Shown in pieces: positions 18,395 through 28,420 of a stretch of 64,000 bases of DNA. Each line of letters starts with the position of its first letter. Position 1 is the first letter of the stretch. The notes under the pieces were generated by a model. That model saw only the letters and a program-made list of their open reading frames with translations. It was not told the origin of the DNA and ran no database searches. A program made the translations under genes and the position numbers. Origin of the DNA: Trueperaceae bacterium (GTDB lineage: Bacteria; Deinococcota; Deinococci; Deinococcales; Trueperaceae); assembly GCA_965215565.1 (NCBI GenBank), contig CBDCDZ010000004.1:1728001-1792000 (forward strand), given 5' to 3'.

Positions 18395-18595
18395 TAGCAG
18401 GTATCATCTGGTCTGAGTGTACGTAAGTTTTGCGAAGCAACACCCTCACCGTAGAAAACACTGTTTCCTTCGGAAAACTTCGTAATTCGCCTTGCGAAAA
18501 CTCCGTAATTAGCACGCACGTTGTGAGGTGATACCTTTGGCGTTGCCAAAACTTCCGTAAGCGGCACTCTGTCTCAATATGTTTTGGAAGTGCTA
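18395..18595 (+). mobile_element. MITE family A copy expanded to 201 bp by four micro-modules
   Basis: TAGCAGGTATCATCTGGT...GTTTTGGAAGTGCTA. Confidence 0.78.
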
Positions 18596-18612
18596 TTCAG
18601 TTAAAAGTGCAG

Positions 18613-19746
18613 CTAACCAACCTCTTTAGGCTGCGCAAACACGGTGAGTAGAGCGATGGCACCTGACACGAGGAACGTTGCCTCTAAGCCCAAGGGCTCC
18701 ACAAGCACACTCAGCGCCACGGGTCCGAGCGTGAGCCCGACGCCGAAAACGAAGAGCGTGGCGGAAAAGCCAACCGACGGTCTTGCGGCAAAAACTGACG
18801 AACTCCAGATGGAGAGAAGTGCACTCATGACCATCACGCCTACCCCGAAGAGCGAAGCGGACACGCCTATAGCAAGCCAAGAGGAGGGCGCGAGACCTAG
18901 AGAAAAGGCGGCTAAGCCTAGACAGGCGAGCGTCGCAAGGAGTACCCACCTAGCCCCGAAGCGAGAAACCGCGTCGCCAGTGAATAGACCGCTCAACCCC
19001 GCCGCGCCGATAAAAGCGTAGAGGACGGGTCCTCCAAAGGTACGCGAGATGCCCGCCAAAACAACGAGGTCCACGGCGAACGAGTAGTAAAAGGCGCTCA
19101 CCACCCCGAAAGAGGCGGCGACGATGAAAAGAGGTACGGCTTCAGCTCGTGCGAACCAGCGCCACGTTATGTTTACCTGGGAAGCGTCCGCTGCACTGGA
19201 CGGGTTCGGCAATCCTCTTAGCGCGAGTACGTTGGGTACGAGCGCCGCTAGTGCAGCGCCAGCGAATAGGAGCCAAGCGACGCGCCAATCAGCACCCACG
19301 AAGAGCGCACTCAAACCCGCGATGAAAATGCCTACCGTCGTACCTGTACTGACCACCGAGAGCACGCGCCCCTGCCTCTCCCTGGCGACGAGTTGCTTAG
19401 TGGCGTCGTTGTAAGGAGCCCACGTCCAGCCTGCGCTCGAGCCCGCCAGCACCACCCCCGCTGCTAACATAGGCGCATTGGGAGCGAACGCAACCAGCGC
19501 CATGCCGAGCGCCGCCGACACGAGCCCTACCGTAATCAGAGGAAGCGGCCCCACCCGAGAAGCGAGCAGCCCTACCGCTGAGAGCGCGAGCAAGTAACCC
19601 AGGTACAAACCGCTCGCGATGAGTCCCAAGAGCACCGTCGAGAGCCCGAACTCCTCGCGGAAGATGGGCAAGAAGAGCCCGTAGCCAGTCCGGGCTGGTC
19701 CGAAGGTTATTGCAGTAGCGGCGAAGCCTGCGACGCTCAGCCGCAA
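18613..19746 (-). CDS. MFS transporter (YbfB/YjiJ-like)
   Basis: About 12 hydrophobic segments, FGPARTGYGLFLP; start uncertain. Confidence 0.8.
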   Translation of the reverse strand: MRLSVAGFAATAITFGPARTGYGLFLPIFREEFGLSTVLLGLIASGLYLGYLLALSAVGLLASRVGPLPLITVGLVSAALGMALVAFAPNAPMLAAGVVLAGSSAGWTWAPYNDATKQLVARERQGRVLSVVSTGTTVGIFIAGLSALFVGADWRVAWLLFAGAALAALVPNVLALRGLPNPSSAADASQVNITWRWFARAEAVPLFIVAASFGVVSAFYYSFAVDLVVLAGISRTFGGPVLYAFIGAAGLSGLFTGDAVSRFGARWVLLATLACLGLAAFSLGLAPSSWLAIGVSASLFGVGVMVMSALLSIWSSSVFAARPSVGFSATLFVFGVGLTLGPVALSVLVEPLGLEATFLVSGAIALLTVFAQPKEVG

Positions 19747-19830
19747 GGGGCGCTCATCTTGTGATGCTCCGGGAGGCTAACGGACTGAAGATAAGTTGAA
19801 AGGTAGGTGTCATGCGCCTAGACTATATCA

Positions 19831-20310
19831 GTGCCTGAACGCCGCGAAGACAATTTGCGCCACCTTGCCTTTTCACTCGCTGAGGACGCTGATTACGAAT
19901 GGGCATATCACCTCAAAGTAGCCGCTGAGAAGGCGTATATCGAAGCGGTTTTCGGGTGGGAAGAAGCAGTGCAGCGTGAGTTTCATGCAAAAGAATGGCA
20001 CCAGGAAAAGCCGACTATCATCTCCCTGGAAAACGCGAAAATCGGCACGTATCTCTTGCAAAGGAGAGACTACGGCTACTACTTCGCCCGCTTTTTCATC
20101 CTGCCCGAGTTTCAGGGGCGAGGAATCGGCTCGAGCGTGCTGTCTTCTGTCACTAAAAAACTAGACCACGAACGCGCAGTATGTCGCCTCGGGCACTTAC
20201 AGAGCAACCCCCGCGTAAGCGAGCTTTACAAGAGGTTCGGATTTGTGACCTGCAAAGAAGACAGCGCATTCGTGTATATGCGAAGAGGTCAAGAAATCGG
20301 TAAGCGCTGA
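19831..20310 (+). CDS. GNAT family N-acetyltransferase
   Basis: ILPEFQGRGIGS acetyl-CoA motif, LYKRFGF. Confidence 0.82.
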   Translation: MPERREDNLRHLAFSLAEDADYEWAYHLKVAAEKAYIEAVFGWEEAVQREFHAKEWHQEKPTIISLENAKIGTYLLQRRDYGYYFARFFILPEFQGRGIGSSVLSSVTKKLDHERAVCRLGHLQSNPRVSELYKRFGFVTCKEDSAFVYMRRGQEIGKR

Positions 20311-20358
20311 AACGTTACCTCAACCCCTGCGGGTTCTATCCTAAACGTCCACAAGAGG

Positions 20359-20388
20359 TTGTAAAGTTCTCCATAAAGGGCGTATAAT
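20359..20388 (+). promoter_or_regulatory. Promoter of the rimP-nusA-infB operon
   Basis: TTGTAA-N18-TATAAT. Confidence 0.6.
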
Positions 20389-20418
20389 CCTGTTTGGAGA
20401 AATCCCGACTACCTTATG

Positions 20419-20447
20419 GGTGGGTGCGCTGCACGCCACCTTTTTTT
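20419..20447 (+). terminator. rimP leader terminator/attenuator
   Basis: GGTGGGTGC-GCT-GCACGCCACC plus T7 between promoter and rimP, the position of the known rimP-leader hairpin. Confidence 0.7.
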
Positions 20448-20589
20448 GATGGTTAGGATAAAAGCGTACCGAATTCGTTTTAGCGAGGTTGCGCCCTAGA
20501 GGAATCACCCTTCAACGTGAAAGCTAACGTAGAGCTTGTTTGACTGAGGCTGTTTCTGAACGGATGGAACCTGCTGCTTAGGAGGTTAC

Positions 20590-21033
20590 ATGGAATTAGT
20601 CAAAGCAGCAGAAGAACTGCTGGGGCCTCTAGGCTTCGAAGTCTTGGAGCTTACGGTGAGCGGCAAAGGCAAAAAAAGGAATGTCCTCTTACGCATCGAC
20701 CGACTAGATCAAAAAGTCGTGACGATGGAGGATGTGAGCTTGGCAACTGAGGTCTTTAGCCTAGAACTCGATAGGCTCGACCCCTTCGAGAATGAGTACA
20801 AGTTGGAAGTCGAGTCACCCGGACCCGAACGCCCCTTAAAGAGCCCCGAGCACTTCCGCCGCTTTCACGACTTGCTCGCGAAGGTGCGCGTCGGCAACGA
20901 GACCTTTAAGGGTAAAGTGCGCGAGGTTACGAGTGAGAGCGTCACCTTTGAAGTCGGTAAGGAGCGGCGCACGGTTGCGCTACGTGACATCGGCAGTGCG
21001 CGTTTGGCGGAGTGGCCCGATACGCCGAGGTAG
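20590..21033 (+). CDS. rimP: Ribosome maturation factor RimP
   Basis: YKLEVESPGPERPL motif; operon context. Confidence 0.93.
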   Translation: MELVKAAEELLGPLGFEVLELTVSGKGKKRNVLLRIDRLDQKVVTMEDVSLATEVFSLELDRLDPFENEYKLEVESPGPERPLKSPEHFRRFHDLLAKVRVGNETFKGKVREVTSESVTFEVGKERRTVALRDIGSARLAEWPDTPR

Positions 21034-21060
21034 AGGTAGAGGAACGCTGAGTTTGAATCA

Positions 21061-21139
21061 CGCAGACATCATCTTTCGAACGTGTACCGATCAGTTCTTT
21101 TCCCACTGAGAGCGTGTACGACCAGATGAGGTTCCGCTA
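21061..21139 (-). mobile_element. MITE family A, degenerate copy between rimP and nusA
   Basis: CGCAGACATCATC...ACCAGATGAGGTTCCGCTA. Confidence 0.55.
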
Positions 21140-21204
21140 GCCCAGGGGCTGAGTGCGCGAAGCTTTACGGAGTAACCTGCTACACAACTGAATAGGAGTA
21201 CAAG

Positions 21205-22464
21205 ATGAACAAAGATTTTATGGACGCCCTCAACCAACTCGCCACCGAGCGCAACTTAGACAAGGACCAGCTTTTAGCCTCATTCGAGGAGTCTTTAGAG
21301 CAGGCTTACGAGCGCAACGTCGAGCCGGGTAAGGCCATTGAGGTGCAAGTCGACCCCGAGACGGGCGAGATCGAGGTGTTGATCGTGCGGCGCGTCGTCG
21401 AAGAGGTCGAGGACGCCGAGCAGGAGATGAGCTTAGAGGAGGCGCGGGAACTCGATCCTACCGTCGAAGTCGGCATGGAGATGGAATTCCCTGTAGATCC
21501 CGACAAGTTCACGCGCATCGCGGTGCAAACCACCAAGCAGGTCATCACGCAAAAAATCCGCGAGGCGGAACGCGCGATTGTTTTTAACGAGTATAAAGAC
21601 CGCGCAGGCGACGTGATTACGGCGGTGGTCTCGCGCCAGGACAACAAGCGCAACGTTTTTGTAGATTTAGGACGCGGCGAAGCCATCATGCCGCCCAAAG
21701 AGCAGATTCCCGGCGAGCGTACGATGGTCGGGATGCGGCTCAAGGTGTACGTCGTCAAGGTCGAGCTTTCGAACAGGGGACCGAGTATTTTGGTCTCGAG
21801 AGCCGCCCCCGAACTCCTGGAGTACCTCATGCGCCAAGAGATTCCCGAGGTCACGGACGACACGGTAGAGCTAAAAGCCATCGCCCGTGAAGCCGGACAA
21901 CGCTCCAAAGTCGCCGTCATCAGCCGCAACTCGAACGTGGACCCCATCGGGGCGTGTATCGGGCACCGGGGCTCGCGTATCCAAGCCGTCACAGCAGAGT
22001 TACAGCGCGAGCGCGTGGACATCATCCTCTGGGACCCGAGTCCACGCGAATTTATCCGCAACGCCCTCTCCCCCGCAAAGGTAGGCACCATCGACGTGGA
22101 CACCGAAAAGGGCGAGGCGAAGGTGTTGGTCGGCAACGATCAGCTTTCCCTCGCCATCGGTAAGGGCGGGCAGAACGTGCGCCTAGCGGCGAAACTGACG
22201 GGTTTCAAAATCGACCTCGTCGCTTCGGAGACGGTGTCTGACCTTGACGCCGCGATGCAAGCCGCCGCCGAACGAGGCGAGGACGTGCCTGCGGTCACGA
22301 CCGACTCGAAACGCGCCGCTTTCGACGCCCTCTTTAGCGCCTCACCTGAGCCCGAAGAGGAGAGCAAAGAGGTCGAGGCAGCAGTAGAAGCGAGCGAAGA
22401 GGTCGAGGCGACGATAGAGGCGGCAACAGAACCCGAAGCCCAGGAGGAGACGAGCAGAGGATGA
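21205..22464 (+). CDS. nusA: Transcription termination factor NusA
   Basis: AREAGQRSKVAV, DPIGACIG, SLAIGKGGQNVRLAAKLTG. Confidence 0.97.
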   Translation: MNKDFMDALNQLATERNLDKDQLLASFEESLEQAYERNVEPGKAIEVQVDPETGEIEVLIVRRVVEEVEDAEQEMSLEEARELDPTVEVGMEMEFPVDPDKFTRIAVQTTKQVITQKIREAERAIVFNEYKDRAGDVITAVVSRQDNKRNVFVDLGRGEAIMPPKEQIPGERTMVGMRLKVYVVKVELSNRGPSILVSRAAPELLEYLMRQEIPEVTDDTVELKAIAREAGQRSKVAVISRNSNVDPIGACIGHRGSRIQAVTAELQRERVDIILWDPSPREFIRNALSPAKVGTIDVDTEKGEAKVLVGNDQLSLAIGKGGQNVRLAAKLTGFKIDLVASETVSDLDAAMQAAAERGEDVPAVTTDSKRAAFDALFSASPEPEEESKEVEAAVEASEEVEATIEAATEPEAQEETSRG

Positions 22465-22754
22465 GCCGCGCCAAACACGTGCCGATGCGCCGCTGTGTGG
22501 CGTGTCGGCGCGAGCGTCCACAGGGCGATTTGGTCCGCTTCCATAAAAGTGAGGCTGAGGGTTGGCAGCTCGACACGGCTTACTTAGAACGTAACCGCAA
22601 GAGCGACGGGCGCGGCGCGTGGGTCTGTGCGGACAATCCCGAGTGCTGGCGCGTGAAGAAACTCAAGCGCTTTTTTCGCGGACAGACCGAGCGGTTGCAT
22701 GAGGAGCTTCTCGAGCACGCCAAAGGGCAACCGAAACAGGAAGTTCTACAATGA
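22461..22754 (+). CDS. ylxR: YlxR (DUF448) RNA-binding protein
   Basis: PMRRCVACR and GRGAWVC motifs, between nusA and infB. Confidence 0.88.
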   Translation: MSRAKHVPMRRCVACRRERPQGDLVRFHKSEAEGWQLDTAYLERNRKSDGRGAWVCADNPECWRVKKLKRFFRGQTERLHEELLEHAKGQPKQEVLQ

Positions 22755-22783
22755 AGAGGATTATGATAACTAGGTGTAAATTA

Positions 22784-22862
22784 CGCAGACATCATCTCTC
22801 AGCGTGTGAGCCAAGCATTGACTTGAAATGTGAGAGCGTTCGTGACCAGATGATTGCGCGTA
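22784..22862 (-). mobile_element. MITE family A, degenerate copy between ylxR and infB
   Basis: CGCAGACATCATC...GTGACCAGATGA. Confidence 0.5.
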
Positions 22863-22898
22863 GCTTTTTGAAGAAACCTGCTTGCAATGGAGGAATAG

Positions 22899-24665
22899 AT
22901 GCCTGAAAAAGTACGAATTTATCAACTTGCCAAAGACTTAAACCTAGAAACCAAGGATATGCTCGATATCCTCGACTCGATGGGGGTGGAATACAAGTCG
23001 CACTCGAGCACCTTGGAGGGCGACATCGCCGATACCGTACGCCAGTTGGTCGAAGAAGAGGGCGGCGCACCCGAGGCGGAAGCTGCTGTTGAGAACGCCA
23101 ACGAAGCCGAAGCGGGCGAAGAACTGGAAGAGGTCAAGCCCGAGGCGGACCCCGGTGCACCCTCCCGCGCTCCTGTCGTCACCGTCATGGGGCACGTCGA
23201 CCACGGCAAGACGAGCCTCTTAGACTACATCCGCAAAGCGAAAGTCGCCGAAGGCGAAGCGGGCGGCATCACGCAGCACATCGGCGCGTACCAGGCTGAA
23301 ACGCCGGGCGGCCCCATCACCTTTTTAGACACCCCCGGTCACGAGGCTTTCACGACGATTCGGCAGCGTGGCGCGTCCGCCACGGACATTGTGATCATTG
23401 TCGTCGCGGCAGACGACTCGATTATGCCGCAGACCCGCGAAGCCATCGCCCACGCGAAAGCGGCGGGCGTCCCTATCATCGTCGCCGTCAACAAAATCGA
23501 CCTGCCCCAAGCGAACCCCGACAAGGTCAAGCAGGACTTGATGCAGTACGAACTCGTCCCCGAGGACTTCGGCGGCGACACCATCGTCGTACCGATCAGC
23601 GCTCAGACGGGCGAAGGTATCGACAACCTCTTGGAGATGATTTCGCTCGTCGCGGAGCTAGAGGACTTCCGTGCGCCTCGAGATGGCGAAGCCGAGGGCG
23701 TCGTTATCGAGTCCATTCTGGACAAACGCGCGGGCGTCTTAGCCACCATATTGGTGCAAAAAGGCACGCTTCACGTGACCGACTACATCGTCTCGGGCGA
23801 GGCGTGGGCGAAAATTCGCGCCATGACTGACCCCTCGGGCGAGCGCATCAAGGAAGCCGGACCGTCTTTCCCGGTGCAGATTTTAGGCTTTAGCAACCAG
23901 CCGCAAGCGGGCGACAAAGTCGTAGCGGTAGCCGACGAAGCCACCGCCAAGCAACTCGTCTCGGAGCGGACCCAAGCCCGCGAAGAGGAGGAGCGCGAAC
24001 GCATCGGCATGAAGGGCGTGACGCTAGCGGACCTCTTCGGCAAGCCGAAAGTCACGACGATCAACCTCATCTTGCGAGCGGACACGCAGGGATCACTTGA
24101 AGCCATCAAAGGCGTCATCGCCAAAGAAGCCGAAAAGACCGACGAGGTGGACGTGGAGATCATGCTCGCTGAAGTCGGCGCACCCACCGAGAGCGACTTG
24201 CTCTTAGCGGGCACAGCGGACGCCACCGTGATGAGCTTCGGCGTCAACCCGGCAGGCAGCGTCAAAAAAGCCGCCGAGCGCCAAGGCGTCACGCTCAAGA
24301 CGTACAAGATCATCTATCAGCTCATCGAAGAGGTCGAGCGGATGATTCGCGGTCAGATCGAGCCCGAGTTCGAAGAGCAGGTCACGGGTCACGCCGAAGT
24401 GCGTCAAGTCATCCGCGTACCGCGCTCCGGTAACATCGCCGGCTCTTACGTCACCGACGGTACGATTCGTCGCGGGGCGAAAGCGCGGCTCATTCGCGGC
24501 GGACGCGAGGTCTACAAGGGCTCGGTTGCGCAGCTTCGCCGCTTCAAAGACGACGTGCGCGAAGTCGGTAACGGCTTTGAGTGCGGAATCAACTTGCAGA
24601 ACTATGAGAATGTGCAAGAGGGGGATGTGATTGAGGCGTATGAGATGGTGGAGGTGCCGGTATAG
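22899..24665 (+). CDS. infB: Translation initiation factor IF-2
   Basis: [31 protein letters not shown]; short N-domain. Confidence 0.98.
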   Translation: MPEKVRIYQLAKDLNLETKDMLDILDSMGVEYKSHSSTLEGDIADTVRQLVEEEGGAPEAEAAVENANEAEAGEELEEVKPEADPGAPSRAPVVTVMGHVDHGKTSLLDYIRKAKVAEGEAGGITQHIGAYQAETPGGPITFLDTPGHEAFTTIRQRGASATDIVIIVVAADDSIMPQTREAIAHAKAAGVPIIVAVNKIDLPQANPDKVKQDLMQYELVPEDFGGDTIVVPISAQTGEGIDNLLEMISLVAELEDFRAPRDGEAEGVVIESILDKRAGVLATILVQKGTLHVTDYIVSGEAWAKIRAMTDPSGERIKEAGPSFPVQILGFSNQPQAGDKVVAVADEATAKQLVSERTQAREEEERERIGMKGVTLADLFGKPKVTTINLILRADTQGSLEAIKGVIAKEAEKTDEVDVEIMLAEVGAPTESDLLLAGTADATVMSFGVNPAGSVKKAAERQGVTLKTYKIIYQLIEEVERMIRGQIEPEFEEQVTGHAEVRQVIRVPRSGNIAGSYVTDGTIRRGAKARLIRGGREVYKGSVAQLRRFKDDVREVGNGFECGINLQNYENVQEGDVIEAYEMVEVPV

Positions 24666-24714
24666 AGGTTGGTAGAGAGCTTTAGATAGGGCTTTTTATT
24701 ACCCTATAATGAGG

Positions 24715-24770
24715 GCGTTGAGCGCTTCACGGAAGATAGATATTGACCATGAATCGCTCAACGCTTTTTT
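24715..24770 (+). terminator. Probable terminator after infB
   Basis: GCGTTGAGCG...CGCTCAACGC followed by T6. Confidence 0.55.
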
Positions 24771-24805
24771 CTTTGGTTATAGATGCACCTCTTAACAACC
24801 ATAGC

Positions 24806-25762
24806 TTAGGGAGCATCACGAAATTTATCCAACGCTGCCGTCATCGCTTCAGGAAAGCCGATTCCTCCGTGTCCCGCATTATCTAAGATATGCAATTTGC
24901 TCTTTGACCAAGTACGGTGCAAAGCCCAAGCTATATCCAGAGGACCAGAAATATCCCAACGTCCGTGGATAAGTACTGCGGGAATATTTTCTAAACGGTG
25001 CATTCCGACCATCACTTCGGCGTCTGTCAAAAAGCAACCATGGCTCCAATAGTGTGTTACGAGGCGAGCAAAAATGAGACGAAACTGCGGGTCTCGGTAG
25101 CGTGGGTTTGGTTCCCTATCTGGCATTAGAGAGACGTGGATATCTTCCCACCGACACCACTCGAGTGCTGCGCGTTCACGCACCTCTGGATCAGGGCTAG
25201 CTAAGAGCCGCGCATAGGCAGCAGATAAGTCGCCGCTACGCTCAGCTTCAGGAACAAGCGCAGCAAAACGTTCCCATTCACGCGGAAAAATTCTGCCCAT
25301 ATCGCGGGTGATCCAAGCTATTTCGCGGCGTGTTCCAGCGGTTACAGCGCCAAGCACCATAGCCCTTACCCGTTCGGGATAGCGTTGTGCGTACACTAAC
25401 CCCACCGTAACACCCCATGAACCACCCACAACAACCCAACGTTCGATACCGAGATGTTGACGTAGGGCTTCAATATCAGCGATGAGATGATGAGTGGTAT
25501 TGGTACTCAAATCAGCATCAGGTTTAGAAGCAAGGGGGCGACTACGCCCACAGTCTCGTTGATCAAATAGTACGGCGCGGTAAGCGGTAGGGTCAAAGTT
25601 ACGGCGTGAGCCAAGGCTACAACCGCTACCAGGTCCACCATGTAGATAAACAGCAGGGGTTCCTTCAGGGTTGCCGATCTCTTCCCAATAAAGCTCATGG
25701 CCATCCCCAACTTTGAGCATACCCGAGGCAAAAGGTTCAATCGCTGGGTAACGTTTTGCCAC
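24806..25762 (-). CDS. pip: Prolyl aminopeptidase (proline iminopeptidase)
   Basis: LHGGPGSG, FDQRDCGRS, GGSWG nucleophile, HGRWD, AGH. Confidence 0.9.
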   Translation of the reverse strand: MAKRYPAIEPFASGMLKVGDGHELYWEEIGNPEGTPAVYLHGGPGSGCSLGSRRNFDPTAYRAVLFDQRDCGRSRPLASKPDADLSTNTTHHLIADIEALRQHLGIERWVVVGGSWGVTVGLVYAQRYPERVRAMVLGAVTAGTRREIAWITRDMGRIFPREWERFAALVPEAERSGDLSAAYARLLASPDPEVRERAALEWCRWEDIHVSLMPDREPNPRYRDPQFRLIFARLVTHYWSHGCFLTDAEVMVGMHRLENIPAVLIHGRWDISGPLDIAWALHRTWSKSKLHILDNAGHGGIGFPEAMTAALDKFRDAP

Positions 25763-25919
25763 GCTTTTCTCCCTACAAATTATGTCATGAGTATTCGACT
25801 TAAAAAATTTGGGGGCGAATAGTTGCGCTCAACGAAACAAAGAGTACCTCTCGAGCCAAAAATCCTTTCTTCCATATCACCATCATATTTCGATCTCCCG
25901 CTTAGTTTATGCTGATGCT

Positions 25920-25978
25920 ATGAGCATCTCCATTGCCATTCACGAAACCAAAACGCATTTCCCCAAGCTGCTCGATAA
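25920..25978 (+). pseudogene. Phd/YefM-like antitoxin N-terminal remnant
   Basis: MSISIAIHETKTHFPKLLD resembles the IHEAKTHLSRLL pattern of Phd antitoxins, then diverges. Confidence 0.5.
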
Positions 25979-26019
25979 CTGTCATTATTCCACCCTTACC
26001 TTACTGAACAGGAGTGAGG

Positions 26020-26118
26020 ATGAAGCACACCGCCACTATCACCAGCAAGGGACAAGTCACCATTGCTCAAGAATTGCGTCGACAACACGTGAGATTGATG
26101 CCGTGGCGTCGATTGTGA
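26020..26118 (+). pseudogene. AbrB/MazE antitoxin remnant
   Basis: MKHTATITSKGQVTIAQELRRQ, near-paralogous to the antitoxin at 32992; stops after 32 codons. Confidence 0.7.
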
Positions 26119-26554
26119 TTGCGTTCTTCGGAATGTCTTCTTTAGTCGCATGTAATCGCGCAATGAATTCCCGTTCGCTTACTCGTCCGCCCCACTCGTC
26201 TTTAGCTCGGACGGCAAGACGCCGGTTCAACGTATCCAGATCGACCTCGAGAACAAAAACGCCATCAAATAGATCGATGAAACGGTCGAAATTCCTGGAA
26301 CCGCCGCAAAAGAACGATACCGCATGGCTCTGGTCGGCCACCAAAGCGCTGACCTTATCGACATTCCAGATATGATGCTCGTGGGCAAAGCCGTCCAGAG
26401 GCTCACCAGTTTTTGGATCGCCTTGATAGGCCAAGTCCCTATCGCCATGAATGGCGTAGTAGCCGCGCCGCCTTAGCTCGTCGCAGACCGAGGTTTTGCC
26501 GGTACCGGAAACGCCTTCAATTAAGTAATTTTTGACACCCATGTTCGCTTCCAA
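26057..26554 (-). CDS. P-loop nucleoside/nucleotide kinase-like (AAA_18-type) protein
   Basis: NYLIEGVSGTGKTSV Walker A; start may be ATG 26542 (MGVKN). Confidence 0.8.
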   Translation of the reverse strand: MEANMGVKNYLIEGVSGTGKTSVCDELRRRGYYAIHGDRDLAYQGDPKTGEPLDGFAHEHHIWNVDKVSALVADQSHAVSFFCGGSRNFDRFIDLFDGVFVLEVDLDTLNRRLAVRAKDEWGGRVSEREFIARLHATKEDIPKNAITIDATASISRVVDAILEQW

Positions 26555-26697
26555 TCTACAGATAGTTCGGGCAACCTATAACACACAATCGCTCGAGACA
26601 CAGAAAAACAAAAAATCACCGCAATAGACATTTAGGTCTTCCGCAAAGCGCCTCGCCGGGATAAATTAGAGCGAAACAAGGCAAAAAAGGAGACTTA

Positions 26698-28413
26698 ATG
26701 AAGCAATATGTGTACAAACGCGACGCGAGCGGCAACCCCTACTTAGAAACCGACCTCCCCGGTCTGATGCTCACCCGTTTACCCTTACTAAATAAGAGCA
26801 CCGCCTTCACCGCCGAAGAGCGCGACGCCTTTAACCTCTGGGGCATTTTGCCTGCGCACGTCTCGAGCCTAGAGGAGCAGGTTCAGCGTGCCTACAACAA
26901 CTACTGCCACTTCGAGAAAGATTTCGACAAGTACATCTACTTGCGGCTCTTGCAAGACCGCTGCGAGGTGCTCTTTTACGCGCTCTTAGCCGAGCACTTA
27001 GAGGAGATGATGCCCATCATCTACACGCCCACCGTGGCGCTCGCCGCGACGCACTTCAGCCGCATCTACCGCTTTCCGCGCGGGCTCGTCGTCAGCACAA
27101 AAAATATCGACCGTATCGACAACCTCTTGCAAAACACGCCCTATCCCCGCGTCAGGCTCATCGTCGCTACGGACGCCGAGGGTATTTTGGGCATCGGCGA
27201 CCAGGGTTTCGGCGGCATGGCAATCTGCATCGGCAAGCTCTCGCTCTATACGGCGGCGGCGGGCGTAGACCCGGCGCTCTGCTTGCCGGTGCAGCTCGAC
27301 GTCGGCACGAACCACGAGGAGTTGTTGGAAGACCCTATGTATCTAGGCGCACGCCACCCGAGGCTCACGGGGAGCGCCTACTACAACTTTATCAACACCT
27401 TTGTGAAGGCGCTCACGCGGCATCATCCGGGCGTGCTCTTGCAGTGGGAGGACTTCAGCCGCGACAAAGCCTTCGAGGTTTTGGCGCAGCATAAAGAGAC
27501 GCTCCCCTCCTTCAACGACGACATTCAAGGGACGGGCGCGGTAGTGCTCGCCGGACTCCTCGCCGCCACGAAGCGACACGGGCATACCCTTAAAGACGAA
27601 ACGTTTCTGATCTTCGGGGCAGGAGCAGCGGGCGTTGGCGTGGCGCGGCAGCTCTTCGCGGCGCTTAAAAACGAAGGGCTGAGCGCCGCCGACGCCAAAG
27701 CCAAAATCTTCATGATGGACCCCTTCGGGCTCATTCTCAATGACCGCCGAGGCTTGGAATCCTACAAGGCGAGTCTGGCGCAAGACCCGAGCCGCTTAGA
27801 GGGCTGGCACATCGCGGGGGATGACCCGAGTTTGCTCGAGGTGGTCCAAAACGCCAATATCACCACGCTCTTAGGCTTTTCAGGTCAAGCGGGCGCGTTC
27901 GGCGAAGAGGTCACTAAGGCGGTGTGCGCTAACACCGAGCACCCCATCATCTTCCCGCTCTCGAACCCTACGAGCCATACCGAAGCCAAACCCGAAGACC
28001 TCATCCGCTGGACAAACGGGCGCGTGACGCTCGCGACGGGCAGCCCCTTCGATGACGTGGACTACAACGGTCAAACTTACGGCGTCGGGCAGGGCAACAA
28101 CGCTTTTATCTTTCCCGGCTTGGGTTTGGGATTGATGCTAAGTGGCGCAAAGCGCGTCACGGCTGACATCTTGAACGTGGCGGCGCGGGCGTTGTCCGAG
28201 CAAGTTTCGGCGGAGCGTCTGGAGAGGGGGCTCGTCTACCCCGGCATCGGCGACTTGCGCGGCGTGAGCGAGCGTGTAGCGGCAGAGGTGGTGCGGGCGG
28301 TTGCGGAAGCAAGTGATACCGAGTTTAACCTCGAGGAAGACCCCCACACCTTCATCTCGAAACGCATGTGGAACCCGACCTATCTACCCATCCGCAAGCC
28401 GCAGCAGCCGTGA
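26698..28413 (+). CDS. maeA: NAD-dependent malic enzyme
   Basis: PIIYTPTV, ILGIGDQG, QWEDF, FNDDIQGTG, GAGAAG, LSNPT, QGNNAFIFPG. Confidence 0.93.
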   Translation: MKQYVYKRDASGNPYLETDLPGLMLTRLPLLNKSTAFTAEERDAFNLWGILPAHVSSLEEQVQRAYNNYCHFEKDFDKYIYLRLLQDRCEVLFYALLAEHLEEMMPIIYTPTVALAATHFSRIYRFPRGLVVSTKNIDRIDNLLQNTPYPRVRLIVATDAEGILGIGDQGFGGMAICIGKLSLYTAAAGVDPALCLPVQLDVGTNHEELLEDPMYLGARHPRLTGSAYYNFINTFVKALTRHHPGVLLQWEDFSRDKAFEVLAQHKETLPSFNDDIQGTGAVVLAGLLAATKRHGHTLKDETFLIFGAGAAGVGVARQLFAALKNEGLSAADAKAKIFMMDPFGLILNDRRGLESYKASLAQDPSRLEGWHIAGDDPSLLEVVQNANITTLLGFSGQAGAFGEEVTKAVCANTEHPIIFPLSNPTSHTEAKPEDLIRWTNGRVTLATGSPFDDVDYNGQTYGVGQGNNAFIFPGLGLGLMLSGAKRVTADILNVAARALSEQVSAERLERGLVYPGIGDLRGVSERVAAEVVRAVAEASDTEFNLEEDPHTFISKRMWNPTYLPIRKPQQP

Positions 28414-28420
28414 GGAGCTT

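Noticed and set aside
18367..18567. Short ORFs inside repeats (18367, 8614, 40947, 59041)
   Set aside because: They derive from MITE sequence; no evidence of coding function.
18395..18595. Repeated AAAACTTCGTAA motifs as a possible CRISPR array
   Set aside because: Repeats are short and degenerate, lack 30-40 nt unique spacers, lie inside a MITE, and no cas genes are present.
21306..22136. Long antisense ORFs (e.g. opposite nusA, infB, secDF, narK, ugpE)
   Set aside because: Shadow frames of GC-rich genes with strong codon bias; no recognisable motifs.
25809..26375. 188-aa plus-strand ORF
   Set aside because: It is a Phd stump read through into the antisense of the kinase gene; no coherent protein.
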